Notes: generated from the sequence alone by a model not told the origin. 64,000 nucleotides of DNA from Paraspadella gotoi (GCA_051294375.1 CM119266.1:14968999-15032998), one strand, 5' to 3'; counted from the stretch's first letter, positions 13,867 to 28,225 are shown. Numbers and translations: made by a program.

Positions 13867-13908
13867 CCCTAACCCTTACCCTATCCCTCACCCACCCGCC
13901 CCTTCCCC
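13867..13908 (-). repeat. Degenerate telomere-like hexamer array / G-quadruplex motif
   Basis: ccctaa ccctta ccctat ccctca ccc; the minus strand reads GGGTGAGGGATAGGGTAAGGGTTAGGG. Confidence 0.5.
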
Positions 13909-14202
13909 TTTGTCTCCGCGTCTTATCGAAGGCTGATGTGGAAGCAAACAGCGAGTCGTTAACAAAGTCGCTTATCTGTCTCGATTTCTCCAGGCGTCGT
14001 CGTCTTCGTCGTCGTCGTTGTCGTCGTCGTCCTCCCTCTCGCCTCAATCCGCCCTGATTGCTTAAACAAGCTTCGATTTAATGAGCAAGGCAAGCAGCTT
14101 GCAGAAACTTTTTCGGCATCTGAGAGCCCCGACGGCTAAAACGCAATCTCTCGTGGCTCGAAGTCGCAATAAAAAACAAGGGGGAGAGAGAACGAGTTCG
14201 AG

Positions 14203-14270
<68 letters not shown>

Positions 14271-15090
14271 AAAAAAAGAGGTTCGAACCCCACCAACACT
14301 TTGCCCCAGTTATCCCCTTTCCCCTCCGCCCCCCACCGCCCCCCTCCGCCCCCTTCACGGCGAAAGCCTCAATTTTGTTTTTAACGTTACTTAATTAACT
14401 CGGGAACCTAAAGTATCGCCCAGGGTTTTTTTTTCTCCTTCAGCCAGCCGAACGTATCGCTCAGTTTTTATTGCGGCCGCGAGAAACTTTGTTCATAATT
14501 ATTTTCTTCTTTGAAACACGGGTTGGAATTTAAACCTACCAAAATAGTGAGTTTCTGAGTGTTTATATATGTTTTTTTTAGCCCGTTCACAATCTTGAGC
14601 TTATTTTGCCAGTATAATCCCCGCTTCCAATTATGCTCTCCTTTATCCATTTTTAACCTAATTAGGACATTGAACGACTAATTTCTAAACAAAACCATAA
14701 CTTCTATAAGTGGATATTCTTTACGTTGATCCTATTTCGGTTCTTAATATTGATAAACATGTTACAAATGTAACAACTAATATCTCGACCCCGATTGAAC
14801 GGTCTGGAGCAACTTCTTTAGCCACGCAGATCATCCCACCCTAGCACCCACCTGCCCAGGAGTTGGCGTTTGGCGTTCCCTTCGTCGTCGTCGTCGTCGT
14901 CCTCCGACGCCGCGACTCGAAATGATTCCCAGAAACGTAATTCCGGCGTCGCGACCCAAAAGTCTTCGGGCGAATAATTAGGGCGAATAATTAGGGTGAC
15001 CTTAACGAAAAATAATTACCGACGGGACTTTAATTAGCAGCTCAGGATTTTTGGGCCGGAAAAAGTTTGGAGGGGGGGTGGGAGTTGTAG

Positions 15091-15179
<89 letters not shown>

Positions 15180-15491
15180 GTGAAAAGTGGAAAAACTTTA
15201 CGGGCCACTCAGGTCATAAAGGTCGTGTAGCCAAGGCTAGCGAAGAAAGGAAAAAAAAAATTCCTTGTTCTCGAGATTAGAAGTGAGCTAATCACCGGCT
15301 CTCAATCAGCCTTAGCATGATTAAGCAGACATAAATGACAAGGACCGTTTTAATTCTGCCTGATAATTGGATCGTCAATCTCATTTCCGCTCGAAATAGA
15401 CGAACGATACATTTTACTTTTTCCTTGTTAAAAAAAAAATCTAAGACAATCCATCACGATAATTAAGGCGCTTCGCTACCTGTTTCGCCAA

Positions 15492-15598
<107 letters not shown>

Positions 15599-17243
15599 CT
15601 CATCAGGATTATCATCGACGCTCACTCGCTCCATCCACTTCATGATTATTGTGTTTTCGCAGGTGTTTTTTTCCCCCACCTTCTCTCACTTTTTCTCTTC
15701 CTTTTTTCTTCTTTCCCCTTTTCTCTCCCCCCCATCTTCTCCCCTTTTCGTTTCCCTTCCCCCGGCGTCAGAGGGCGGCGGCGAAGGCGGCGAAAGCGGC
15801 GTCTTTTCTCGTTAGCTTCGTTTTCTCTTCTTTTCCCTTCATTAAAGCGGCGCGCCGGGCNNNNNNNNNNNNNNNNNNNNNNNNNNNNNNNNNNNNNNNN
15901 NNNNNNNNNNNNNNNNNNNNNNNNNNNNNNNNNNNNNNNNNNNNNNNNNNNNNNNNNNNNNNNNNNNNNNNNNNNNNNNNNNNNNNNNNNNNNNNNNNNN
16001 NNNNNNNNNNNNNNNNNNNNNNNNNNNNNNNNNNNNNNNGAGAGAGAGAGAGAGAGAGAGAGAGAGGCAGCGCCGCTAATGATCCTCATATTTTTCGTCA
16101 TCATCGCCTCCCCTTAATGACGTCGATGGTGATTATTTCTCCCTTCGTCTTCGTCTTTTTTCTTCGTTTCCGTTTTTTTTTTCTTCTGGCGAGCGAGAGA
16201 GCGAGCGAACGAGGCGAGCGAAAGAGAAGAGGAAAATTACCGAGGAAAAGGAGAGAAAGCTCTGGTTTTCTCCTTTCACTTCCCACGATCGCCCAGGAGT
16301 TTTTTCCCATTCTAAAGACGTCATCATTCTTTGTTCACAGTCGTCCTTAGATATTCCAGACATTTTTTTGGTCCGTTGTCTGAAACGTCGCTAATGTCTC
16401 TCTCTCTCTCGTTCTCAAGTTCTGCCTTTCTCTCCAAATACACGCTTCACTCGTTAGTAATCATAATACTCCTCTTCACTGACGCGTCTCCTTCCCAATT
16501 TTGCCACAACCCCCCCCAGGAAATCGATTCCACCCATTTTCCCACCGCCACCTCCCTCTCCCCTGTCCACAACGAGGTCGAATTTGCTTTGACCACGCGC
16601 AGCGCCCTCGCGTTCGCAGCGCCATCATTGTTTTGGCCATAACATTAATTCGGGTCCCTCTACTATTTCTCACCCACTTTTCCTCACCCACTCTCTCATT
16701 CGCGACCTCGAACGCTTGGAGCACGACCCGCACCTACCTCTTCGATCTCGCGCGAAAAAATACGCGCAACTCGTCGTCCAATCGCGCGACGAGACTTCGA
16801 TCTCGTCTGTGAGGCCAAATATGACCCTTCGCTTTCCTTACCCAACAACCCCTTTTCCACACCTCTCATCCTTACCCCCCCGTCATCTCCCATCCTCACC
16901 CTGATCTCGCCTCACCTCCCGATCCGCCGACGCCCAGGACTCATCCCCGGCTCATCCTTCCTTCTCATTACGACCCTTAGTTCGTTAACCAGTTGCTGTG
17001 GGCGTAGATGACTGCCGCTGACGCCGCCGCCGCTGCCGCCGCCGCAGACGACAAAGAAGAAGAAGAAAAAAGAAAGAAAAAATCCTTCTCATTTCCTTTT
17101 TTTTTTCTTCTTCTTATTTTCACGCCAATCGCCTCTCAGCGCCGCTGCGGTGATCGCTGCATCAGACGCAGGCGCCGTCGCTGTAACCTTCATAACCGAG
17201 CGAATCACGTGATATAATGAAAAATCTTCATTTCTTTTACTTC

Positions 17244-17244
<1 letters not shown>

Positions 17245-17340
<96 letters not shown>
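17245..17340 (+). repeat. (TTTC)n tetranucleotide microsatellite, ~24 units
   Basis: Perfect tetramer run. Confidence 0.95.
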
Positions 17341-17341
<1 letters not shown>

Positions 17342-17795
17342 CTATTTCTATTTATCTTTCTTTCATTTTTTTCTTTCTTCTTTTCTTTCTCATTAATTTC
17401 TTAAAAAACAAGGATTAAAAACGCAGTTTCCCCTCATTTTCGTGGATGTTGCAAATTTTGATTCAACGAAAACGAGAGAGAGAGAGACGAGAGAGAGAGA
17501 GAGAGAGGAGAGAGAGGAGAGAGAGAGAGAAGAGAGAGAGAGGAAGAGAGAGAGTGTCGTATTTCTCTGAATCGCCACACAATTCGATTTCAGGACAAAC
17601 ACAAAAAATAGGCAAGAAAAATATTCTCTTGGAAAAGTGCAAGATGAAAAAAAATGACATAAAGAGAAAACTGAGAAGAAAAAGAAAAACTCGAAAACTT
17701 ATTTCTCACTCAGAAGCGGCAAAGATTTGGTTTCTGCAGAACTCTGGTGGCAAAATTATTAAGTGTTTGATGCTCGCATGTAGGAGGGGAATCCG

Positions 17796-17848
<53 letters not shown>

Positions 17849-18847
17849 TCTAGCGAGCATTAGCATAACCTCATTAGATTCGGTATCACTATCTTCTCTA
17901 TGGTGATTCAATTAAGTTGGCTTTCGGCTGGCAGTTTGTTTTCTCTATCTTTCTCTCTCTCACTCTCTTTCACTCTCTTTCTCTCTTTCTCATTAAAATA
18001 ATTCATGCTTGCATCGATAATTCGCGAACGCATAGCCAACGACATAACAATGCTTTTGTGGCAATAATTTGCTGGCCAATAATGTTGGAACAATAACAAT
18101 AACAATAATAATCATAAAAAAAAAGGAAAATGAATTGAAAATAAAGGACAATCTCGTCTCAGGGATTAATTTCTGAAGAAAAAGAATGACCTGGAATGAT
18201 CTTGAACGTTCCGAAAAAGATTATCATTTTATGTAATGAAAATAATCAAAGAATTTGTTTCGTTGGCCCTTTTCTTTCTTTTCTTTATCTTCCCATTCTT
18301 TTATTATCTCTAATTTTTCTTAGCATATGTACTGTAACTGTTTCGGAGTTTGAAAACGCAACAGTTAGTACTGAAGAGGATTTACTGAAGCCGGTGACGT
18401 TTTTGAGTCGCCCTCTTTTTTTTCTTCGAAATCGAATGAGGTTTTCTCGGATTGCTGTTTTGTTTTTGCTTCCGATTTGGCAAGAGGCCACGAGATTAAA
18501 GTTACAAGCGCGGGGGAATTCTGCATTCTACGAATTAAGAAAAAACAACTAAAAAACTCGTGGGTTCTTGAAAGGGAATTATCATTTATTCAATACTAAA
18601 TGAGGCGTCGGTTAGGGTCAGTTGCCTGGTTGTGATAGTTATTTGAAGAGTTGTGGTGATGACTTATTTTAGTGATGGTAGCGGGGATGATCTCGGAAAA
18701 CGACTTTTGACATTCGATGGCGAAATCCATTAGAAACGGAGCGGACGGGGATAGGAATCGCTAGGGAGATACTTACATTCATTAAACCGTTCCGGGGATT
18801 TGGAAAAGAGAGAGAGAGAGAGAGAGAGAGATGAGGGAGAGAGAGAG

Positions 18848-18887
<40 letters not shown>

Positions 18888-21223
18888 GCCGGATAGGCTC
18901 GAATTTTGAAGTTTCGAAATGGAAAGTCTTGATTAAATTTTGTTAATTAATTTTTTTCAAACAGTAATTGATTTTTTTTGCTGCTGCGACGAAGTTTCCT
19001 TCGTTTTAATTTTTTACTGCCTTTCACCTTCAGCGAAAAAAAAATTTTGCTGTTTATTTTTCTTTTTATTTTTTAAAAAAACATATTTTTTGTTTTAAAA
19101 ATGTTTCTCTCCTCCTTAATCCTTTCTCGCTATTTTTCTCTCTTTTCTTTGAATCCTTAAAACGACGATTTCAATCCCACAAAGAAAATAAAGCAAAGAG
19201 CAAAGAGCTAAAAAAAAGGGGGAAAAAAATTCGCTTTTCTTTTTCCCCTCATTTCTCTCTCTCTCTCTCTTTCTCTCCAGTCTCTCTCTCCCTCTCTGTT
19301 TTTGTTTCTGCCATCTTTTGTCTTCCGTGAAAAAGAGAACAAAAGAAAGCAAAGGTTTTGTTTCCATTCATTTGTTTACTTGATAACATTTTTTCTTCCC
19401 TTTCTTTCCAACGTCTTTCAAGGCCAAAGAGAAAGTAGAAGAATCCCATCCATGCGGGCGTCATCGTCTTCGTCGTCGTCGTCGTCGTCGTCTTCTAAAA
19501 AAAAAACCTCATCGCGACGAATCCTGGGAACTCGTTATCGTTTGTCTGATAAGCGGAAGGAAAATGGTTTATCTCTCGTGTGGCTTCGGAAATAATCCCC
19601 GACGTTGACATAATAATTATGATAATAAATGAAAGACATTATCGGAATAAAGTCCCCGTTTACCAACGAGATTAAGATTTCTGGCTCAGGAGACGCGACT
19701 TGTGACGAGACGAGATCGAAAGGCAGAATTCTATTTCTCAAACGAATGAACTCTTTGCCTGGTTTCAAAGGAGTAGAGGAGGCATCAACGGATAAAATTA
19801 CTAAGTTTAAAAAAATAATTATTTCTATTATTATTATTATTTTTTTTTTGGAAAGCCAAGTTCTTTCTATTTCCACTTCCTCAACACCTTCGCAAGCTAT
19901 CATTTTCTTTAATTTGATTTTTTTTTTCTTTTTTCGTTCTGTTAATTTAAATATTTATATTTTGTTGAATTGTAAACTGTACAATTTATGCGTTTATCTG
20001 TAATGCTGTATGTCCTTTTGAATGTACTGTTTCAACTAATTGTTGTAAACGAATAAAACACATATAAATAACCACCGCTGGATCCCACCCTCTTATTTCC
20101 TCACTCGACTTTTTATTCATTACTTCGCCGACCCCGATTTTTTGATTCCCTTTTTTCGTCGATATTGCAACAGTCGCCCTCATTAATTCGCGCCTGCGTC
20201 CTTTTATCTTTTTCTTCTTCTAGTTTGTTCAACGTTTATTAACCTGTCGATAAGTTTATTCGCTCGTGCGCGTTCCCTTTATGTACGCACTGGTCGTGCC
20301 CCTTTGTCCTCCCGTTCCTTTTGTGCTCCGTCGTTTCCGAGTCCGTACCGTCGAGGGTCGTACTCGTCGTCGACATCGTCGCAGTCTTCGTCGTCATCGT
20401 CGTTCGCATAATTGCTAATTATTATTCGTCCACCAGCTCCGCGATATTTGCATAGATAAGAAGGAAGAGAGAAAAAAAAACTTGAAGGAGGTCGAAAGGT
20501 CGCCATCTTGACAAGGGAACTCGGGGTGGCAGGTGGGGAGGCGGGAAGGCGGGGAGAGAGAGCGAGTGCTGGGCGGGGGGTTTTGTGAGTTGGGTGGGTG
20601 GTGGGCGATCACTGGACGCCGAAGGTAGCCTCTCTCTGAATTGGATAGATGGTGAGGTGCAGAACGGAAAGAGGGTGAGTAATTTCTGAGAAAGAAGGAC
20701 GAGGTGCGATAAGGATTGTCGGGCAGATCCAGAAAGATAAGGCTTGTCCAAACAGTTGGCCGGGCTTGCCCAAAGACCCAAGATGGAGCAAGAGTGGTCA
20801 AGGTTCCGAGTGACCGTGGGTCCTGGCTAAACGAACGAGGACCTTCCTCTTTATCTTTTATGCAGAAGACTGAGGTCTCCTCTCGGTCACTTTTTTTTTA
20901 TTTTGGAAGAGGAGTCGAGGAAATGAGCATGGATTTTATTGGAATTTCTCTTCCTCATTTTCTTTGTTATGGAGAGTCCATTTGTATATCTGTCTTATAT
21001 CATATATTTAGAAGTCGTAAAAAATTGGAGGTATTTCTTGGCGACGCTTATTTTCGATTGCCTTTTGTTTTTCTCCGAATAACTAAAACGCAGTTTTTTC
21101 CCTGAGTTGTCTTTTCCGTCGTCTTCTTCACTGACGTTTAATCTCCCCCCCGCCCCCCCCCCTTTCCCGACAAACTCCTTGAAGAAAAAAAATCTCGAGG
21201 CAGCAAACACTCGCAAAACGGCT

Positions 21224-21257
<34 letters not shown>

Positions 21258-21352
21258 TCTCTCTTTCTCTCTATTTCATTAATGTTATTATGCGGCCGCG
21301 ATGCTTAGCCGGGGTTTAGCAATAGCGGATATGAGCTCATTTCCAATCCTCC

Positions 21353-21391
<39 letters not shown>

Positions 21392-21946
21392 TCTCGTCGT
21401 CTCTCTCTCCTCTCTCCTCGCTCTCTCTCTTCGTCTTCGCTTCTATATTTCCATTCTTTTTTATTCCCCGGCCCCGGCTTCATTTGTCACTCGCGCGTTG
21501 TTCTCTTATCAATTCAAGGGATGAAAAAACAGACGGAGGGCGTTACTCTAGCGGTGAGAAAAAGAAATGAGAGAGAGAGAGAGAGAAGAGAGAGAAGGAT
21601 GACGAGAGATGAAGAGAGAGAGAGAAAGAGGGAGAGAGAATATGAGGGAAAAATGATAAAAAAACCTAATCTTTTGTTTTGTTTTTTTTTAGGATTTTCC
21701 GCTTTTATAGCCTTTGATTATCGGGTAATTATTTTTTTTGGTTTAAAGCCGTTAAACAACTTTAAATGTAAGGAAGTCAATTTTTTTTCAACTCTGAACA
21801 TGCAAGATGATTATGATAGAAAAGATTTTTTAAGAATTTCACAAAAAAAAACCACAAATTAAAACGAAAGACTAATTTTTCGAGATATTTTTTTAGGGAT
21901 TTCATAATTTAATCAACTTTCGTTGGGTCACAGCCATCAAAGCTCT

Positions 21947-21977
<31 letters not shown>

Positions 21978-22117
21978 AAGAGAGAGAGAATATAACAAAG
22001 ACATGATCTTTTGTTCTCATATCTTTGTTCAGCTATTACAGCATTCGTTACCAAGGGATTCTAATATTCTATCATTTTTTTTGTTTTCCGCTTTTTATAA
22101 TTAATCTTCAGCCCGAT

Positions 22118-22165
<48 letters not shown>

Positions 22166-23417
22166 GAATATCTTTAAAAATATTATTTCCCAATCCGTTT
22201 CATACAAATTTCTCGTTTGCCGGGATCCTTCTCATTTTACCTGAACCTGACCCCCACCTCAAACTACTCCGGATCGAGTCCCGCTCCACACACTCGCTCC
22301 ACGCAGTTGCTCCACAAACTGCCCCACTCGTCCGCCGTCTAGACCGCATCTAACCCACTTTTTCTTAATAGACTTTCGCCGCCAATCCGCGCCGCCCCGC
22401 TCTTTCCCTTACCAAGTCAACCCCTCGCCCCCGCCTTCGCCGCGCTCATCAACCTTTTCCAAGCTGCCGGAAAATTTACCAGCGACGGCGGCGGAATCGG
22501 CGTCGGCGGCGTCGGCAGCGGCGTCGGCGGCGTCGGCAGAGTTGGGGTGTATTTTTGGAAAAATCTAATAAAGGAGGCGGCGCTGGATTTTCTGCCCGGG
22601 CCACTTTTTTCCTATTTTTTTTTTTATTTTCCACGCTTTTTTCTTTCTTTCTTTCCTCCTTTATTTTTCCTTTCTTTCTTCGGTTCGAGCGAGAGCGAGC
22701 GAGCTCGCACGCGCTAGAGAGGGAGAGAAATAGAGAAAGAGAGAATGGGAGAGGGAGAGAGAAAGAGAGAGAGAGAGATGGAGAGCCTGACATGCGCAGC
22801 ATAACAAATTTGATATCCCAGAAATTAGAAAGCTTACTCATCCCTTTTCCCTTTGCTTTGGACTCCTCGATGCCCCTTTCGGCGGGCGGGAAGAAGGAAG
22901 AGAAGGTAACGAGATATCCGAGTTTCTAAACCTTTTGAAAACAAAACAGCAAAATGCCGGAACCAATATAATTTGAGGATTACATCTTGATTAAAATCCA
23001 GTTTAAATTGGAATATTTAATCTACAATAAGAGAATATAGTAATGTACGAGAGAGAAAGAAAAACAAAAGATAGGGAAAAAGAAAGAGAAATCGAAGAAG
23101 TACGTACATAATGTGGGGAGAAAAAAAAAGGAACTAAAGTAATTTAGCCGAGCGGGATATAAAAGAAGCGAAAACACTGGAAGGGAGTGGTCTTTTTCTT
23201 TTTTTTTTTGGGCCAAAACACAATATCTCCCGCTCATTGGCGAGTTTCCGAATTAAAAACGAGATAAGAAAGTTCATCCTCGCAATATTAAAAAGTATTT
23301 CATTTGATTTCATTTTTTAATGTTAGTAAAATAAGAATTAAATTTGATTAAAGTGTCTTGTACATAAATTATCTGAAATTTTAAATTCTTGAATCTTAAA
23401 CGAAAGACTCTTTGGCT

Positions 23418-23465
23418 TTTCCCGAAGGATCGAACCCGGAACCTCTCGCTTTGAAAACAGAGCTG
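23418..23465 (-). pseudogene. tRNA-derived 3'-half remnant (tRNA pseudogene or SINE head fragment)
   Basis: Minus strand gcgagaggttccgGGTTCGATCC matches the variable-loop/T-arm (Pol III B box) pattern of Ala/Pro/Val-type tRNAs. No A box or cloverleaf. Confidence 0.45.
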
Positions 23466-23502
23466 GAGAGGAAGTCTTTTTCTTATTCGAATTCTACGTC
23501 GA

Positions 23503-23531
23503 AATCGTGAATCGTGAATCGTGAATCGTGA
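23503..23531 (+). repeat. Heptamer tandem repeat (AATCGTG)4
   Basis: aatcgtgaatcgtgaatcgtgaatcgtga. Confidence 0.85.
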
Positions 23532-23587
23532 CTCTCGTACTCGAAACTCCTCAGACTGACTCGAAAGATCCGTTTTTTAGTCTCTCT

Positions 23588-23694
<107 letters not shown>

Positions 23695-23805
23695 AAATCC
23701 TTCCACATTCCACCGAAAACCTCTCTCCTCCTCCTTCATGTCGAGACGATTCTCGTCGTCAAGACAACGAGACAACAAGAAAACGGCGACCCGGAAGCAC
23801 GTGGC

Positions 23806-23882
<77 letters not shown>

Positions 23883-25391
23883 GCTCTCTCTCGTTCACTC
23901 GCGGCAAAGGACGCTTTCGCTCTTCCTTCTGGGCTTCGGGCCCCAAAATGAGGCGCATCGTTAGAAATGCAAATGGGAGGCGAAGGAAAAAGAAGGAGAG
24001 AGAGGGAGACAGAGCGAGAAAAAGAAAAGAGAAAAGTGGACGAAGAAAGATGGTTTCTTTTCATGCATCTCTCTTCTTATTGGGAGCGAGAGAGAGAGAG
24101 ATAGAGAGAGAATGAGAGAAGAATCCTTTATTTTCTTTCCTCCCCCTCGGCCGGTAGAAGAGGGCGGGCCCGCCCCCGATATAAGTAATTGTGGTTCGGT
24201 TGGCCCCTACTCGGAGAAGGCATCAATTTTCCATCATTGTCACCTTTTTCTTTCACTCACTCTCTCTCTCTTTCTCTCCTTCTTCTCTCTCGCTCTCTCT
24301 CAATGTTTTCGCGCTCGCCCGTTTTTGCCCGATGGCTGGAGTGGCATGGCTCGAAGTGAACCCAGGTGAGGTGGGTGAGTGACCCGAACATGGCTCCTCT
24401 GCCTTCTACGGACACCTGGAAATGGCCTTGTGACACGATTACAAACGTTGGTGAGAAAATGTATGACGAAACTTTTCGATTTGCTTATGGTTTTAAATTT
24501 ATTCGCCGTGTTATTTTTTCTCGAATTTTGTTAAAAAAGAATTTCAAAGAAAATTCTACTGTCGTTTAACATTTTTGCAAAAATTCTTAAAGAAAGCCGA
24601 CTGATTCAATTCTATCACTTTTTTCACAACCCTCACCAAACTATTTCTTCAACAGACTGGCGCCGTCGTCCTTTCTCCCTTTTTTTTCCTCGTATGATTC
24701 GCGATTTTCGTAACCACAATTTGGTTTTAGTGAGTTTTTTTTGCTCGCTCCTTCCAGCGGCATGTGACACATTTGTGACAGGCTCGTGCGAAGTCGGCCG
24801 TCACTCAGGTGCCGGTCGCCGTCGAGTCTGCGTGGCGACCGCGTGGCAAAAACCGCGTAGCATGCCGTGACGCTAATGCGTGACGCTAATGCGCTCAAAC
24901 GTGACACCTGCGTAACAAGATTGCGGCTTCGGCGTTTGGCCGTCAGTGGAGGGGAAAGGGGGTGAGAGAAACAGAGAGAGAGAGAGTGTTTTTTTTTTCT
25001 GAAAAGAAAGCTAGATTTTTGGGGTCTAGGTTCGAAAAGTTTTTGCCTGATTCCTGTCAAGACTTTTCGTCATTTTTGTGACTGAAAATTGCGAGTCGGA
25101 ATTTTTTAGATGAAATCTTCGTTAGTTTCGAGTCGGTCTGCCACTCATTTAAATCGATTTATTCAATAATACTGATAATTACAAGTTTAATATTAACAGT
25201 GATTTAGAAAATGTGACTTTTAAAAGAAATCAATTATTATATATTATATAGGTAAAATAATTATTAATTAATTAATAATTCTAGTGATCCACGACAAATA
25301 ACATTCGTAAAACTTCACTGACAATAATTGTCGCGCTTTTTGTTCGCGGCTTTGCAAAACAAAAGAACACGCCGGGAAAATTGCGAACTGA

Positions 25392-25471
25392 GCGATTAAT
25401 GACGTCATTTCCCCCTCATTTCATAGCCGGTTTCATTTATGGATGATATAATGGGTAATTACATTAATCGC
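25392..25471. promoter_or_regulatory. Candidate enhancer: CRE palindrome plus clustered homeodomain cores
   Basis: AATGACGTCATT at 25398-25409; TTTATGG, TAATGG, TAATTA and ATTAAT within 80 bp; flanked by the 10 bp inverted repeat GCGATTAATG/CATTAATCGC. Confidence 0.25.
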
Positions 25472-25583
25472 CGGCTCGTATGTCGTTAGATGCCAAACAG
25501 TTTCCAACCATCCTTTCTCTCTTCTCTCTCTGGCAGTTAATGAAATCAAAACACGTAATTAAGCCTCAGGTCTTCCAGTGGAA

Positions 25584-25586
<3 letters not shown>

Positions 25587-25673
<87 letters not shown>
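25587..25673 (+). repeat. (GA)n microsatellite
   Basis: Perfect dinucleotide run. Confidence 0.95.
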
Positions 25674-25675
<2 letters not shown>

Positions 25676-26288
25676 AAATAAAAATTAACGAGGTTTGCGT
25701 GCGTGGGTCTTTGTGATGCCACGAAACAAGCGATTTCAGGCTCCGCCAAATTAATTATGAAGCGGCGCCTCACCGACGTTTCGTGTATGAAATTCTAGGG
25801 AGAGGGAGTGGTTAGATGCTGGGGGGAAGACCCGAGAAGTGGTTTATCGGGTGCAGGGGTAGTTTAGCGGGTCGGGAAGTGGGGAAAGGAGGTAGAAGTT
25901 CCCCTGGAGATTTTGACGCAATAGAGAGTTTCTGAATTTCTTAGGTCGGAAAATAAAGTTTGAAAGAGCAGTTAATTATTAGTCGAAAATTATTTAAATT
26001 CGTTGTTCTCCATATGATTAAAATTGTTATTGGACTAAGTATTTCATGTACAACAAACTCAATTTCTTGAACATGTTTCGGTTCGCACAAGCGCAAATGT
26101 AAACATTTCAACTTTAAAAAAAAAGAAATAAGCAAATATTAAGATCTTCTTTTTAAAAGTTTAATACAAAGCGAAATCTCGACTCGCGGCGAACGACTGG
26201 AGTTAAAAGGTTCGGTCTGCTGGAAGAGTGATGGGCGCGGAAGTCAAAAACGAAACTCCTTTTTTCGACCTGAAAAGCGTGTCACGTT

Positions 26289-26367
<79 letters not shown>

Positions 26368-27247
26368 TCATCTCTCTGTCTCTCTCTCCTCTCTCTCTCG
26401 TAATATCAAAAACAGGACAGATATTTTTTTTTAAATCTCGCTTCACACAAATATTCATCTTTAATTAATTAGCAAAAATCGTAGAAAGTCAAAAAAAAAA
26501 TTTAGCTCTGTAAATTTCGGGTCCAGAAGACGATGCGTTTCTGTTTTCATTTCGATGTTTAAAAATTTGAAGCGATTTTCGTTTTTTCTTTTTTTCTTTT
26601 TTTTCGAGAGGCGGCCTTTAATGTTATGAAGATTAGGGGAGGGAGGGGCGCTGGTGTTGTTTTGAAGTTAGGGAGATGTCGAGATGTTAACTTTGAGAAG
26701 GATCTAGACAATGTCTCTGTGTAGTTAAACCGGACGTTCGAATCTAATTAAATCGGGCGGGCTAAAGTTTAGAACCTATTATAATGGATGACGCTTTAAA
26801 AATGAGCGAGGAATAAAGAGGAGTTGTATCAACGTATAACTATTAACTAATTTCTATTAACCACCTGCGAGATCGCTATCGTGCTAAGAAATGTGGACGA
26901 CCTTGAAAAGGGATGCTTGCGAAAAGTTATGAAAACGAGCCATCGAATCTTTTAAGCTTTTAACGGGGAAATAAACGTAATAAATTGTGAAGCATCCAAA
27001 GTTCCAAACTATATTTCGAAAAAGAAAGAAAAAAGATGTGATAAATTATAAAGTTTCTTCGCTTAACTCGAGTTTTAATTGCGGNNNNNNNNNNNNNNNN
27101 NNNNNNNNNGTGCGGGAGAGAAGAAAAAAACTATGACGTCGCGAATTAAGGGGGAGGATGTAACGATGACGGGAATGAGAATTAAGGTCGAACGCAGCGC
27201 GTGGCGGGTGAGGGTGGGGACCGGGGGGGGGGTTACGTGGAGGGGAG

Positions 27248-28180
27248 GGGTGTTTGTTTTTTCTCTTCTTTTCGCCTTTTTTCGTTCTTTAGCTTGGATG
27301 CCGGAGGCATTAATACTTTCGGGCCTTAATGAGGTTTGATCCGGCCAAGGAAGAAAATCGAGAAGGAGAGGGGAATACGGAATCGAGTCCCTTCGAGCCG
27401 GTTAAGGAGAGAGACGGGGGAACGATAGAAAAAAATTTAAAAATAGGGGGGCGGGTCAGGGTTCGTGACGCGCTATTTATTAAATTAATTAAACGGAGAG
27501 AAAAAGTATAAGAGAATAAGGCCGATTTAATCTATAACCAAAGATATGATTGTGATTTATTGAATTGTGATGAAAGACGGTGAATGATGAACCGACCCAG
27601 CGTGATACTTTTTGCTATGTAAACTTGCAGTGTGGTTAAGCTTTTTTAATCTAGAAATGCGGAGTTGATTGACTAAGTTTCACGGATGATGGTTCCTCGC
27701 CGAAGAAAATTCAACTTATGAAAAAAAAAATGATGTGTTAAAAGCCTCATTTTCTCTCCCCCTTCGTCCCCTCTCTTCTTTCTTCTTTTTTTTTCATTCT
27801 TTCTGCCTTGCATCGGATCAAAATAAATACGGGAACCAAAAACTTTTTAATTCGTCTTCGCGAATAAACCGAACCAAAATAAAAAAATAAAGAATTCTGA
27901 TCTGACGAATTGAAAAAAAAAAAAAAAATTCTACTCGACGCGAAATCACCGACGAAGAGCAACCATTCGACTTTCAATTCCGCAGGTAAATAATTACTTT
28001 CCCTCTATCGTTGGCCAATCATATTCTTGTAATCTCACATTTATTGTTTTTTTTTTATTCGTAATGCGGGTAATTCTATCTAAATTGCCGACCTCGGTGG
28101 TTTAGCGCTTTAAATACCCCCCACTGCACGCGTCTCTACCCCGCCCGCAGAATATTATGATAACCGGATCGAATTTAAGC

Positions 28181-28225
<45 letters not shown>

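Noticed and set aside
19535-20003. Overlapping ORFs of 122-124 aa on both strands
   Set aside because: No recognisable domain, they run into AT-rich low-complexity sequence, and there are no convincing splice sites
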